Positions 24,440 through 35,927 of a DNA stretch of 64,000 bases are shown here, piece by piece. A program made the translations under genes and the position numbers. How positions within the stretch are numbered: position 1 is the stretch's first letter; each line of letters begins with the position of its first letter. Location: NCBI GenBank assembly GCA_964234715.1, contig OZ174280.1; one strand, written 5' to 3'. The notes beneath the pieces were generated by a model, which did no database searches, was not told where the DNA came from, and worked only from the letters and a program-made list of their open reading frames with translations. This DNA comes from Podarcis melisellensis (lineage: Eukaryota).

Positions 24440-25085
24440 CTATTTATTTATTATTGGACTTATTAGTCTTTTTTACAGACTGTAAACTCAAAACAACTTA
24501 CAATGTAATCGCAAAACTAAAACCAATATAAAGATTCAAAACAACAACAACACCGATATACATTAAAAGCATTCTAACACAACTGACCTACTAAAAAGAG
24601 CCGCAATAGCTAAAAGTCTCCAGGCTGAAGGTCGGCGGGCGGGGACACGTTCGTGATTGGCTCCTAAAAGCAGCCAGTGATCGCATCAGGCGCAATTCCC
24701 TGGAGAGAGCATTCTATAACCTGGGAGCCACCACCGAAAAGGTCCCTTCTTGTGTTGTCACCCTGCAGACCTAATTCAGAGGGGGCACATGGAGAAATTG
24801 CTCCCGTGATGATCACAGGGCTGGGGTTGGTTCACCTGGGGAGAGGTGTTCTCTGAGGTACTGGGGTCCCGAGAGACACAAAGCGTTACAGGTCGAAACC
24901 AGCACTTCGAATTGAGCTCGGAAACTAATTGTCAGCCAGCGCAGTCGCGTTAGAATTAATTTTATACGCTCAGATCATCTCGCGCCCGTCAGCAATGCGG
25001 CCGCGGAATTTCGCACCGGTGTGATTTCTGAACTGTCTTCAAGGCAGCCCCACGTAATAATGCATTGCAGTAATCTAGCCTAAAT
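24440..25085 (-). mobile_element. L2 LINE 3' fragment
   Basis: (TTAT)n tail; ...accaccgaaaaggtccc...gtcttcaaggcagccccac...gcattgcagtaatctagcc. Confidence 0.65.
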
Positions 25086-27319
25086 ACGCATACGTCTGAG
25101 ATATTCTGCGGCATCTGTCTGGCCACAGTTGCAGAGAGGCTGCTGAGCCGATGGGCTTGTAAAGGCCATTCTGTTCTGAAGCATAGCTTAGCAGCCTTGA
25201 GGGGCCGTGGACGTCCTCTCCTACAAAGTTATCACGCATTTCAAGCGTGATGTGGGTTTCACCATCAGGACATCGCGCAGCCTGCTTGTGTGTTTACATG
25301 ATCTGTCTGTCAATAAATCAAGAACGGAAGCGCGAGTGGAAACGTCTACAGGGAGGAAGCCTCAGTACAGGCTTCTACACGATCTGGAATTTTTTGCGTG
25401 TAAGCCAATACACGCAGAGGGAAGGAGGAGGAGCTGCTTGGTAAGGCCCCGCCCCCCGATTTGGACCTAGAAGACCTTTCTACATTCCCACACAAACGTC
25501 TATCCAGCTATCTATCCATCTATCTATCTATCAACTAAATGCAATGTATTCTTTTGCTTTCAGTTCCTAAGCGCGCAGATGCCATAATTGTGGTGTACAT
25601 ATTTTGATCGCTTTTCTGCCCTGCTGTATAACACACAACGCTCCTTGTATTAGTAGGCAGATGATAGTCTATTTTATTTATTCTTTGCACCACGAGGAAT
25701 TAGAATACTGTATGCACCAGCATGCTGGCTGCAGGAAACCGAACGAAAAAAGGAAAAGAAAGGAAACATTTGAGCAGGCTAGCGCCTCGCCTTGGCTTTT
25801 GGGGCTATATTATTCAGAAATACCGTTTTAAGTGAAAATTCGTGTGTGGGGGGGTTAATTTTATTTTAAGGAACCCGTTTTACAGGAAATGTTCAGAATC
25901 GGAATTCCTAAAAGATGAAGAAGGGAGCAGGGTGCGACAAATTACAGTTCGAAATGTGTTGCATTTTCAGCCTTCCGCTGTTTTTATGCACGCGTGCATT
26001 AGCTGAATACTGTAACACGGTAGATCTTGACAGCATCTGAATTGGGAGAAACGAAATTCCCACCCTCTGAAATATTGCCCATCTGCAAATAGGTTCTGTT
26101 TTAAGTTAATAAATAATAATCATAAAATAATAATAATTGCACTGCTCCAAATGAGCTTTCTTAAAGAATACACCTTGTCTGTTCCCAAATCTTTAGCTTT
26201 CTCGCGAAAAACATGGGACGACAACGCACAGAGGGCCGCCCAAGCCTTCTCTTCGCGGCCTGTTAGGCTGCCACGCACTTCGGTATCCGCTTAAGAGAGC
26301 TTCTGCGCCTTCTCAGACAGGCCGTGTTTCCTGGACGCTTCCCATCCCTCTCCCATTAATACCTCGCACCTCTCCGCGCAAAAAACGCATTTCATTCCCA
26401 TCCCTGCAAATCCAAGTATCTCAGGGGAAAAGAGAGGCGACGAGAAGCGGTAATCGAGTCTGAATCCTGGGATCTGAGCGCCTGAATCCGCCGGCTAACT
26501 CGGTTTGCCGCCTGCGCACTGGCTTGGCTTCTTTTGTTTTACCGATCCGCAGCCACCACCGTAGACATTTTCCCGGCCTTAAAATACCGGGCCAAGCCTG
26601 AGCTTCTTAATGCTGGCTATCTACAGTAACAGGGATAGCGTCCAGCTGCAGTCTTCTGTACACGCGTGCCGGGGAGCAGACGTGCAGAGAATGCGGGACC
26701 GGATTCGCACGGAGCCAGCCCGCCTCCCGCTTCCACTTTATTCCGCATTTGCTTCTGGACTCACAGCAGGCCGTTTGCTGGGTGGGAACGGGCTCCAGCA
26801 CAAAGAAAAATAGAGAATTTTTAAAATAACAACAACTCCCAGATAGCAAAAGCAGCCGAAGATCAACTGCACTGACGGATAGCTGCCTCGGTTCGTTAGC
26901 TAACCTGAGAACATCCAGGGGTTTTGCAGTGGAAAGCCGAGGCAGCGAACGGGCAAAGAAATAAAGTGAAAATACACATCCATATAATTTGATAGTTCTT
27001 TCATCCTGCTTTCCTCCCTTCCTCAGTGTGTATATGGGCGCGCGTGTGTGTGCATATATATGTATATGCACACGTGCGCACGAGAGCGACCTCAGAGTCT
27101 GGGAATGGCGCGGGGATTTATATATGTATGTATGTATTTCTATTACTTCTCTGGCCGCCTCCCATCCCTCTTCTCTGTTTGAGGCAAGGCTTCCTAATCC
27201 AGGCCCATTGGCAGGCCGGCTGCGGAGCGAAGATACCCAAAAAACACGCACGCACGCACAAAATAACCCGCGAGAAAACAATCTCGAGCGCGTCTCGATC
27301 GTCTCTCTCTTTTACTCAC

Positions 27320-27400
27320 CATTTGCTTTTCATTGGTGAAAATGGCTGGAGCCATTTTGTGGCCTATTCATGGCGGATGGATGCAATTTTTTTCCCTCTC
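27320..27400 (-). other. TAL1: Candidate TAL1 exon 1b (5' end approximate)
   Basis: Consensus donor CAAATG|GTGAGT at 27320/27319; paired YY1-type motifs; ~250 nt downstream of promoter 1a. Confidence 0.6.
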
Positions 27401-27549
27401 CCCGTTTTCCTTTCTCCCCGCCTCCCTCTACCGTAAAAAAGAAAAAGAAAAAAGATAAAGCAAAAAAAAAAAAAAGGAGAAAAGAGAAAGAGAGTGTTGG
27501 GTGGCTTCGCAGCGCCGGGATCTCATTCCCACATCACGTCCAGTTTCCT

Positions 27550-27695
27550 ATTTAGTATGGAGAGCGGAACACCGGAGCAATGTGGCCAAGAGAGATAAGG
27601 CGCTCGCAGTGGCCCGCCTGCCCTGATAAGCCCCTAAACCCATTATTTATGAAATGATTCATTATTATTTGGCAATTTTATCGAAGGAAAGCGGA
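27550..27695 (-). promoter_or_regulatory. TAL1: TAL1 promoter 1a: two GATA sites plus AP-1-like TGATTCA
   Basis: AGATAA 27593-27598, TGATAA 27624-27629, TGATTCA 27655-27661. The ~31-nt spacing matches the known -37/-69 GATA and -101 AP-1 layout of SCL promoter 1a. Confidence 0.85.
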
Positions 27696-29519
27696 AAATT
27701 ATTGCAGGGATATGCAGAGAGAGGGACTTTGGAATGCATGCCGGATTGCTTTTTTAGACGGGTGTGTGCGTGCTCGCGCGCGGGGGCGCGCGTTCAGATG
27801 CGCTTTAAAAAGAGACAGGGGGGGGGAACGTGGGAGGGAAGAGGAGGAATAAAATATTCGCCAGGACTGCCCACATTTGAATAACGATCTTTTCTTTCAG
27901 CTTTCTTGGTGGTTACGATTCTCCCCCACCGGCTTCCTCTGCGTGCCCCCCCCTCACCCGCCCACCCGCCTCCACCGCACACCCGGCATTAAATATGGAA
28001 CACCTACTCGGCTCTTAATTTAATTTAATGAGCCAAAATAAAATGGATCGAGATATTGAAAAGGGGGAGAAGTGTGCGAGCGTGTAACTAAATGGCTGAA
28101 GGGAGCAGCATGTCTGGTACAACTGGGTAAACAAAGGGAAGGGATATAAAAAATCCTTCCCTAGCCAATAAAGAAAGAAATAAATAAAATGTGTGGGCAT
28201 AAACTAGCGATATTTGCTGCTTTAATTTGATATTAGACGGAGGGAAGTGGGGGCAATTAAGGAAATCAGAGGTGGGGGTGCTATTTAGGAATAAAGGCTC
28301 ATTGAAGTGCGCAGTTATGGTTATTTTTTAATAACCCGTCAAATATGTAACCTTTTCATGGGAAGGAGATGGGCTAATATTCCGGAGGGGGGCATTAAGG
28401 CGCTCGGTTGGGGAAGGGACTGAGAGCGATCACTGGAGATAGATGCAGAATTGTGTTGGCGGAGCTAAGATCCATAAAGTTCAGAGGCGCTGATGGATGG
28501 AAGAAAAACAAATAGAGCCTTTTTATTCCCGTCTATCCTCTCGGATCCTAAGCACGTATTAGCAGGATGTGCGTCCCATTCATTTCAACAGAGCATCGAT
28601 GAGCAGTAAATGTCACATTTCCAAACCAAATTTCCTCTCCTTTCAATAGAGTCGTAGGTGTGCAAGGCGCGTTCTCATTTGCATCGAACTAGGCGAAAAG
28701 CTGCTACAGTTAATCTGGAATACATGGAAGCCCTTTTGTGTCGGTGCATTTATCTCAAATCGGTGGGAAGCCGTTTAAGTGTACGCCCGGTTAACTACTG
28801 CGGAGTAATTACCTCCCTTCGGGATCGATGCAGATATAGCATTCCCGTCCGAGGTACCTTGAAATAAAAGGATGGAAAGTGGAAGTGACTCCGGGGGTCA
28901 TTAATAGGCGTTGACATGACTTAGGGATGCGCTCAAGGTGTCTTTTTAAGGCTGCCGCAGCTCCTTTACAGAACAAGGGCTCTTTAAATCAGTCTTTAAA
29001 TCAGTCCAGGAATCGCGGTGAGCAGGTATGGGACGACGCAGGAGTAGACTTACTTTGTGTTCTGCCACTTAGCTTTGGGGAGCTGGCTTCAGCCTGCTCT
29101 CCTCAGACTATTTTGGACTACACGGTGCGACTCAGGAAGGCAAGGCTGATAGTTTTAGGAGACTGTTCTGCGTGATGTATTTGAGATCATCATGCTGTTT
29201 ACACTCAGACGAATCAGTTTAGAAGAGTTCCACCGTATGAAATGCAACCTCTTGGCCTTTTATTTACATCCACACTACACACCAACTACAGGCGCTATGC
29301 TGCGAATCTAGAGGCGCCCTTGTCCTGTGAATCCGATTCCGACTGGGTCCCCCATGAAAATTAACCTGAAAGTGGTAGCAACCTTAAAAGAATGGTCGTC
29401 GGCCCCGTAATAAATATGCTTTCAGCCAGATTGGCTTGAAAGCATCCATTGTCCTTCTTAATACAACATATATTACTTTCCAGCTTCTAGCGGGATAGTC
29501 TCCTGCCGCAAAAAAACAA

Positions 29520-29640
29520 TGGAGATTATTGTGGCACCTTAAAGACGAGCACATTGGTTGTGACATAAGGCTTGGTGGAGTCAAGTCCACTTCATCAGAT
29601 CAGATGCACTCAGTCCACTAAAGCTTATGCTATAATGCGT
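29520..29640. mobile_element. Degenerate Penelope-like terminal fragment
   Basis: tgtggcaccttaaagac...cataagg...gtccacttcatcagat...aagcttatgc; related remnant at 52075-52140. Confidence 0.5.
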
Positions 29641-29802
29641 ACTTTTTATGGCCTTCTCTGCGGTAGCCCCTCGTTTTGGAAATGCTCCCCAGGGAAACAC
29701 GCCGGGCCCCAACTTTGCTATCATGTTTTTATCAGGTGTTGTTGTAGATCTCAGACATTAAGAGATCTTTCACAACATAAAATTACAAAAGGAAAAACAT
29801 TG

Positions 29803-29946
29803 GATTGGATAGCTCAGTTGATAGAGCATGAGACTCTTAATGTCAGAGTCGTGGGTTCAAGCCCCACATCGGGCAAATCATTCCTGTATTGAGGGGTTGG
29901 ACTAGATGACCCTCGTGGTCCCTTCCCAACTCTACAATTCTATGAT
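29803..29946 (+). mobile_element. tRNA-Lys(CTT)-derived SINE with CR1-type 3' tail
   Basis: tagctcagttgatagagcatgagactcttaat...gggttcaagccccac then ttggactagatgacc...ccaactctacaattctatga. Confidence 0.85.
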
Positions 29947-29958
29947 GATATAATAATA

Positions 29959-30173
29959 CAGTGGCACCTCGGGTTAAGTACTTAATTCGTTCCGGAGGAC
30001 TGTTCTTAACCTGAAGCACCACTTTAGCTTCTGCTGCCGCTGCGCCACCGGAGCACGATTTCTGTTCTCATCCTGAAGCAAAGTTCTTAACCTGAAGCAC
30101 TATTTCTGGGTTAGCGGGGTCTGTAACCTGAAGCGTCTGTAACCTGAAGCGTATGTAACCCGAGGTACCACTG
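29959..30173. mobile_element. Tc1/pogo-type MITE
   Basis: TIR CAGTGGCACCTCGGGTTA / TAACCCGAGGTACCACTG, TA flanks. Confidence 0.85.
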
Positions 30174-31930
30174 TAATGAGAACAAAAACAAGCCAGCAAT
30201 CTCTCCTCCCACTTCTATCGCGCTTCTTATCTTTCTGAAAGTGGCTGACCGAAAGGGGAGAGACTGGAAGACGGAGCAGCGATGAGCAAATGTTAAACCC
30301 GGGAGTCGGTCTGTCAGTCATCCGGACATCAAGGGGGAACTAGGGCTTCGTGATCCAGGCAAATACAAAGAGCCCGATCAGCAGATTAGGCCCGCTTCCC
30401 TTAGACGCGAGGATTTCCCTAATGATGCTGCTTCAAGGGGACTCAGCCGCCGCCTGACGTCTCTAACCCAGGCTCCAAGATCGGAGGAAGGAGGCCGAGG
30501 AAGAGCTTCCCCCTCCCCAGGGAGGCCGCTCACGACGCTGCTGGGAAGCCAGGAAGATCAGCCCCAGAGCAGTCACGACTTGTCCGCCAGGCCTGTCTTG
30601 CACGCTGCATCCGGGAAACACGAGCGCCACTTCCTCTAGCCAGAGAGGAGAGAAAACGAAGGCGGCAGAGGGACGCGATTGCGGGATGGGGATGAATTAA
30701 GAGTCACGTCTCGCCCTCCTTAACCCGGCACAAGATCCTAAGAGAGCTCCATTTAGGCCGGAGGGGTGTCTGCGCTCCCGTATGACCTTGCCACAGTGGG
30801 TAAAAGTAGTGCTCCGAGCATGTGCAGAGTGCTGCAGCCTTGTCCCTGAAAAATCACATTTGGGCACTCCCAGAGCTTGACTGCACCGCCTTGAGCTGCA
30901 ATATATCTTGTTATACAGAAGGAACCAGCTGGCACATGGTGACCTGAAGTTCACCAGAACTGTGACCTGGTACAGTATGCAGTAATATTTCAGCTTTAAG
31001 ATGCAGAGGCAGAGTGGGGGTCTGTCAGCATATCTACAAGAAGCCATGATAGAATAATCAATGCAATTCTAAGCTTATTAATCAGTGGTTAAACACTTGG
31101 CATCTTAATAATATAATAATTTATTATTTATACCCCGCCCATCCATTCAAAACTTCCCTTTGGCAGGGTCTTCAAGCTCCCATTGCACTCTTCAAAACAC
31201 TTGCTACACATTTCTTGGGACACAGGAAATATGCAAGAAAAAGGCAATGAGGCATCTAAGAACAGCACAGATTGGGGCAGAGAAACAGGCAATCTCAGTG
31301 CCAGAACAGATGGCAAACAGCAGCAGTCTCAATGGAAAAAGCATCTCTCACATCCCTCAACCATAGACAACCGTCTCATGCATCAATATTCCAGTCTCAG
31401 CCATAATAGGGCTGAATCTCAGGTGCATAAATGTTGTTGCTAGAGACTTCAGTCCTTTTCACATCCATGCTCCCCATACCAAAGGGGCAACCTCACTTTT
31501 TTGCACTATGGAACACAACTTGGAATAGCAGGGCCAGAGGTAGTAGTGAAAGAAATTAGAAAAAGAGAAGGAAGGTTCTTTTTACACAATACCTTAGATA
31601 AGGTATTTCTCCACTGTCACATAAAATAAATATTTTAAATATGGTGGAATACAGAGGAAGATGAGAATTAAGTTGCCATAGGAGAAAAATGAATGTGAAA
31701 AGTGCACGAAGGAAAGGAACAGTAAAAGACGAAGATGTGGTGGTGGGGTAAAGCTTATGGAACATATTTTGCAGAAAAGGGGGGGCGGGAGTTATACCTC
31801 TGCAGCCAGTGTCTGTATTTAGCTTGAGGAAAGCTGAAGTATGGAACTTCCTGCTAAAGGGAAATTGCTGTGGTAAAGAATTCAGCAATTTCCAAAGAGG
31901 GACTGGATATCAATAGTTGACAGCTAATTA

Positions 31931-32146
31931 CAGTGGTACCTTGGGTTACAAACACTTCGAGTTACAGACTCTGCTAACCCAGAAGTAGGACCTTGGGTTA
32001 AGAACTTTTCCCCTAGGATGAGAACAGAAATCGCGCAGTGGCAGCAGGAGGCCCCATTAGCTAAAGTGGTACCTCAGGTTAAGAACGGTTTCAGGTTAAG
32101 AACGGACCTCCAGAACAAATTAAGTTTGTAACCAGAGGTACCACTG
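31931..32146. mobile_element. Tc1/pogo-type MITE
   Basis: TIR CAGTGGTACCT / AGGTACCACTG, TA flanks. Confidence 0.85.
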
Positions 32147-32423
32147 TATGTCAAACTCCACCTAAATTTTGTAGCTTGTTCTGGCCCTGCATTGCCAATT
32201 TGTGCCTAGTGGGCTTCAGTAATTTTCAGCTTTCTCAAGTGGCCCTAGGAAAGTTTGAGAACCCTGTTTTAGGCAATTACCAAGAGTCGTATGTAACTTC
32301 TGCTAAGCTAATATAATGGATTTCCCCACCACATTCAGCAGTCCCCACTCTGCATATACCAGCAAAAATATTATGAAGTGAGGGACATCACTGTGCAATA
32401 ATGGTGGATATCATTCCAAATTT

Positions 32424-32595
32424 TTTATTGGAAAAAACAATGTAAAACAGGCTAAAGGACCTGAAGGCCTTCATGGAAGATAATGAATTAAAACTATTAT
32501 GGTAACACAGAGAGAAATAAAATAAACCAAATTTAATTTTTTAAAACCCTGAGTATAACAAGTCTGCATATTACAAGTGTCAAGTACATTTTATT
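32424..32595 (-). terminator. Candidate STIL poly(A) signals
   Basis: AATAAA on minus at 32595-32590 and 32429-32424, after an AT-rich 3' UTR. Confidence 0.5.
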
Positions 32596-33217
32596 TAGAC
32601 ATTCAAAAAATGTTAATGATTTCAAACACAAATAATAGATAAACAGTTCAGCAATTTATCCAGCATTTGTTCTTCATGTTCATATTACAAGACAAAAAAA
32701 AAGATAAGGATGACATTGGCTGACCTTGTTTTTGTTTCATGATCATAGTAAACACTATGAAATTTTATTTCACATTTGTGTAAGAATCGGGGCTGTCTAA
32801 TGAAGTGCATTACTCCAATGCTTGAATGGACTCAAAAAAGGTTAATGCTTTAAACTGAGTAACCAAAATAATCTCATCCTAAACCCCCTTTCCACTTCAG
32901 CATTGATTAAGTTGCCAAAGTCCATTTTACAAAATTCATACATATGTTTTAAAAAGTATGTCCCATTAGATATATATTTACTGACCTTTAAGAGTATAAA
33001 GACACATCAATAAACATAAAGGTGCAAATATTTATATTTGAGATAACAGTCAAGCCATCACACCAGGCACACATTGAACCCTTTCCTCCCATTTAGTTTG
33101 TTGTCAAAACCACTTGAAAAGAGTTGGTGGCTTCTTGATTAAATTGAATTACAGAAAACTGGTTCAACTTGTATTGAAAAGTCCTGCAAGGAGTTGGTTG
33201 CCAATAAATCAGACAGG

Positions 33218-34037
33218 TTAAAATAACTTGGGTAACTGTCTGAGTTTTTGTACATCGAGGAAAGTACCCACTGAATTCATGTTGTCCACTTGCTTTAAAT
33301 TATCAACAATAGGAGCTTGATGAGTTTCAGATACAATTTGATTATCTAGATTCTCTTTGTCCGGATGCTGAGTAAACTCTGCTTTTCCAGGTAGCAGTTT
33401 CATTTGGGGGTTCATGTCTTTAAAAAATGGATACGAACTCTCATCTGACTGGTGAAGGATTCGAAGTGGAATGACTGCATTTGTAACATTTCTTAATATG
33501 GGGCCCTCTGGATTAGACAGATGAGTACTAGATAGTTCAGATTCATGATGTGCTGGATTAACAGAAAGTCTCTCACTTCCTCTTTCGTAGGGGTCTTTCT
33601 GGCAGCTAAAGCCATCTAAAATAGGGTTTAAATTGAGTTGCAGAACCGGTTTTATGTTCTTTCCTCTACTGTAGTCAGTCTGTTCTTCCTCTTCATCATC
33701 ACTGCCATCACTGCTTTGCAATAGTCCATACCTTTTCATGTACTTCTTGGTTGCAAATGACATATTGCTTGGGGAAATTAAGCCAAAGCCCACCAAAGTC
33801 TTATCAGTATTAGTGTGCAAGAGAGTCTGTACAGATGAAGCCATAGAATTTTTTTGGCTTGTGTGACTCAGAGAAAGCTGTGACAGTTGACTTTCACTTA
33901 GGTACTTGAGTGCAATAGCATTTGCTTCCATACTCAGATCTACTCCATTGGGAGTTAAGCCACTCATGCCAACATTAGCAAAAGAGATGTAGTTTAGACC
34001 TGGGACTACAGCTTCAGGATTAATACAGGCCAATATG
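33218..34037 (-). CDS. STIL: STIL last coding exon (STAN domain, KEN box, C-terminal LRQLPKLF)
   Basis: SILACINPEAVVPGLNYISFANVGMSGL...SMEANAIALKYL...SFATKKYMKRYGL...DKEN...KLRQLPKLF*; tag| acceptor. Confidence 0.98.
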
Positions 34038-34967
34038 CTAGAAGAAAACAAAGAAAAACAAGTTATTTTAACTTGATGCAAGTAAGTATACAGGGTGTAC
34101 CTTATTCTATCTAATTGTAGCCATCAGGTCACAAAATGTCAATGTACTTTTAAAGACAGGCCATCCTACTAGCTAAGGAGCTGAGGACAGTATTTAAAGC
34201 TTAGATTGACAAGTCAGTCTTTGGAAGCCTAGTTCTGACCTACAGATACAGTAGCTGCTAACTATGGCTTACTAACTCAGACAACATTGATAAATGCTTT
34301 TTGGGTCCTTTGGAAACAGACTGCATGCCAATTCAAACTGCCAATGCTTATATCCAATGCTAATCCTACACAGAGTAGAAGCATTCAAATTAATGAACCT
34401 AAGTCACTCATGTTATTAAGTTACTAACTTTAATGGGTCCACTATGAGCAGGACTGGGATTGGTGAAGCAGACCCCTCCCACATAGGTCAACTTTGACAG
34501 GTGGAAGGGTTTCTCTCTCCTGCTTTAGATTATGTTCTTGCCTAAATGCTGAGTTACATGATACATAAGTGTATCAATGCATATTTTAGGATACAATGCA
34601 CTTAGAAATGCATATTTAGAAAGAGAAAAACCAAAATCTTCACGTAGATTAAAACGATTTTAGATTATTGTGGGATTGAGCCTGAATAGACCTCTGAACA
34701 TACACATGTGAAACTGACAAGCACGAAAAGGACACCAACATGAATTGACTGATCTATCCATCCCTACCCACAAAAGTCATTATTTTTGGCCCTTTGGAGT
34801 ATGGATATGGGAAGCCCTCCAGATGATGTCGTCTACAACTCCCATCAGCTCTGAACACTGACTATACTGTTGAAGAATATCCGATTCCCATCCCCGCTTT
34901 AGAGGGATGAAGCCATTTATAAGCTCAGTCAGACTTTTTTGTTCTTTATTTAGAGCAATCTTTCTAC

Positions 34968-35224
34968 CTGGCATTCTCTACTTTGTGTGCACTGTTCATC
35001 ATCTTGTCAGGAGAGTCAAATTTTACTCCAAGGTTCCTCAGTTGTTTCAAGGTTGCATTCAGAACAATATCTTTATCACTTAGGAGTGGATCAGGATTGA
35101 CTGAGCCTCTTCTTTCTGTTTTGATCATTTTTGAAGCTGTGGTACATTCACTGCTGGTAATGTCCTTTTGTACTGAGGAACTGTTTTCTTCAGAAGATTC
35201 CTTTAAGAAGTGGTTCACTTGACC
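34968..35224 (-). CDS. STIL: STIL coding exon (GQVNHFLK...NATLKQLRNLGVK...KVENAS)
   Basis: 257 nt, phases 0/2, AG/GT boundaries. Confidence 0.95.
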
Positions 35225-35731
35225 CTAAGGAAAAGTAGAAAGGAAGGTACAGAGAACTGTAGAAAACGCTAATCAAAGCTATAGGATATTAGCAGTCTCA
35301 TACTTAGCATGCTAGGGAATAGTTTTGTATGTCAAGGCCAATCAAATATTCACAGAAGATCAGAACTTTTTTCATAATGAAACTTCATTTTAGATACTCA
35401 GAGTGACATCTGACTAAGTCATACTCAGAGTCGGAAAGTACAACTTAGATATCACCCCCAGTCATTGCAATCTTAAATTATTGTTGTGCCACATACTATT
35501 TGAATTAAAAGATACACGAATTACATCTTGAATAACTATTCTGGCATGCAAAATATCAGAAATGCCTACTATGGACTGTAAAATGAAACATGAAGGCTCA
35601 ATAAACAGTTGGACAACACAAATCTGTTTTATAAAAACTGCATTTTTTTAAAAAAAATAAAGCCTGGTAGCTTCTCTGCTAATACCACTAAGGAGCATTG
35701 GGTTAAGGAATGATACATCGAAATAACTTAC

Positions 35732-35927
35732 CAATATATCCTGGTAAAACTTCTGGTCATCTGGTGGGGCATTTGGAAGGTAAGTGATAACATGCTCAAT
35801 ATTTTGTTCATTAACTGCTACCAAATGACTGTCAGCTCTCTCTGATGGGCTGGTCTGCATGCACATGCTAACACTTTCATTCATTGATGAAATTGGGGGA
35901 AGTCCTGAGTCAGCATCTGGTCCACTA
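35732..35927 (-). CDS. STIL: STIL coding exon (ESVSMCMQT...QKFYQDIL)
   Basis: 196 nt, TAGTAG tandem acceptor, GTAAG donor. Confidence 0.92.

Noticed and set aside
26607-27436. ORFs of 116-224 aa near the TAL1 promoters
   Set aside because: No recognisable domain; driven by dinucleotide repeats and CpG-rich sequence.
29803-29876. Apparent tRNA-Lys(CTT) gene (also 18130-18182)
   Set aside because: Imperfect stems, followed directly by a CR1-type tail, with a second copy in the window: a SINE head.
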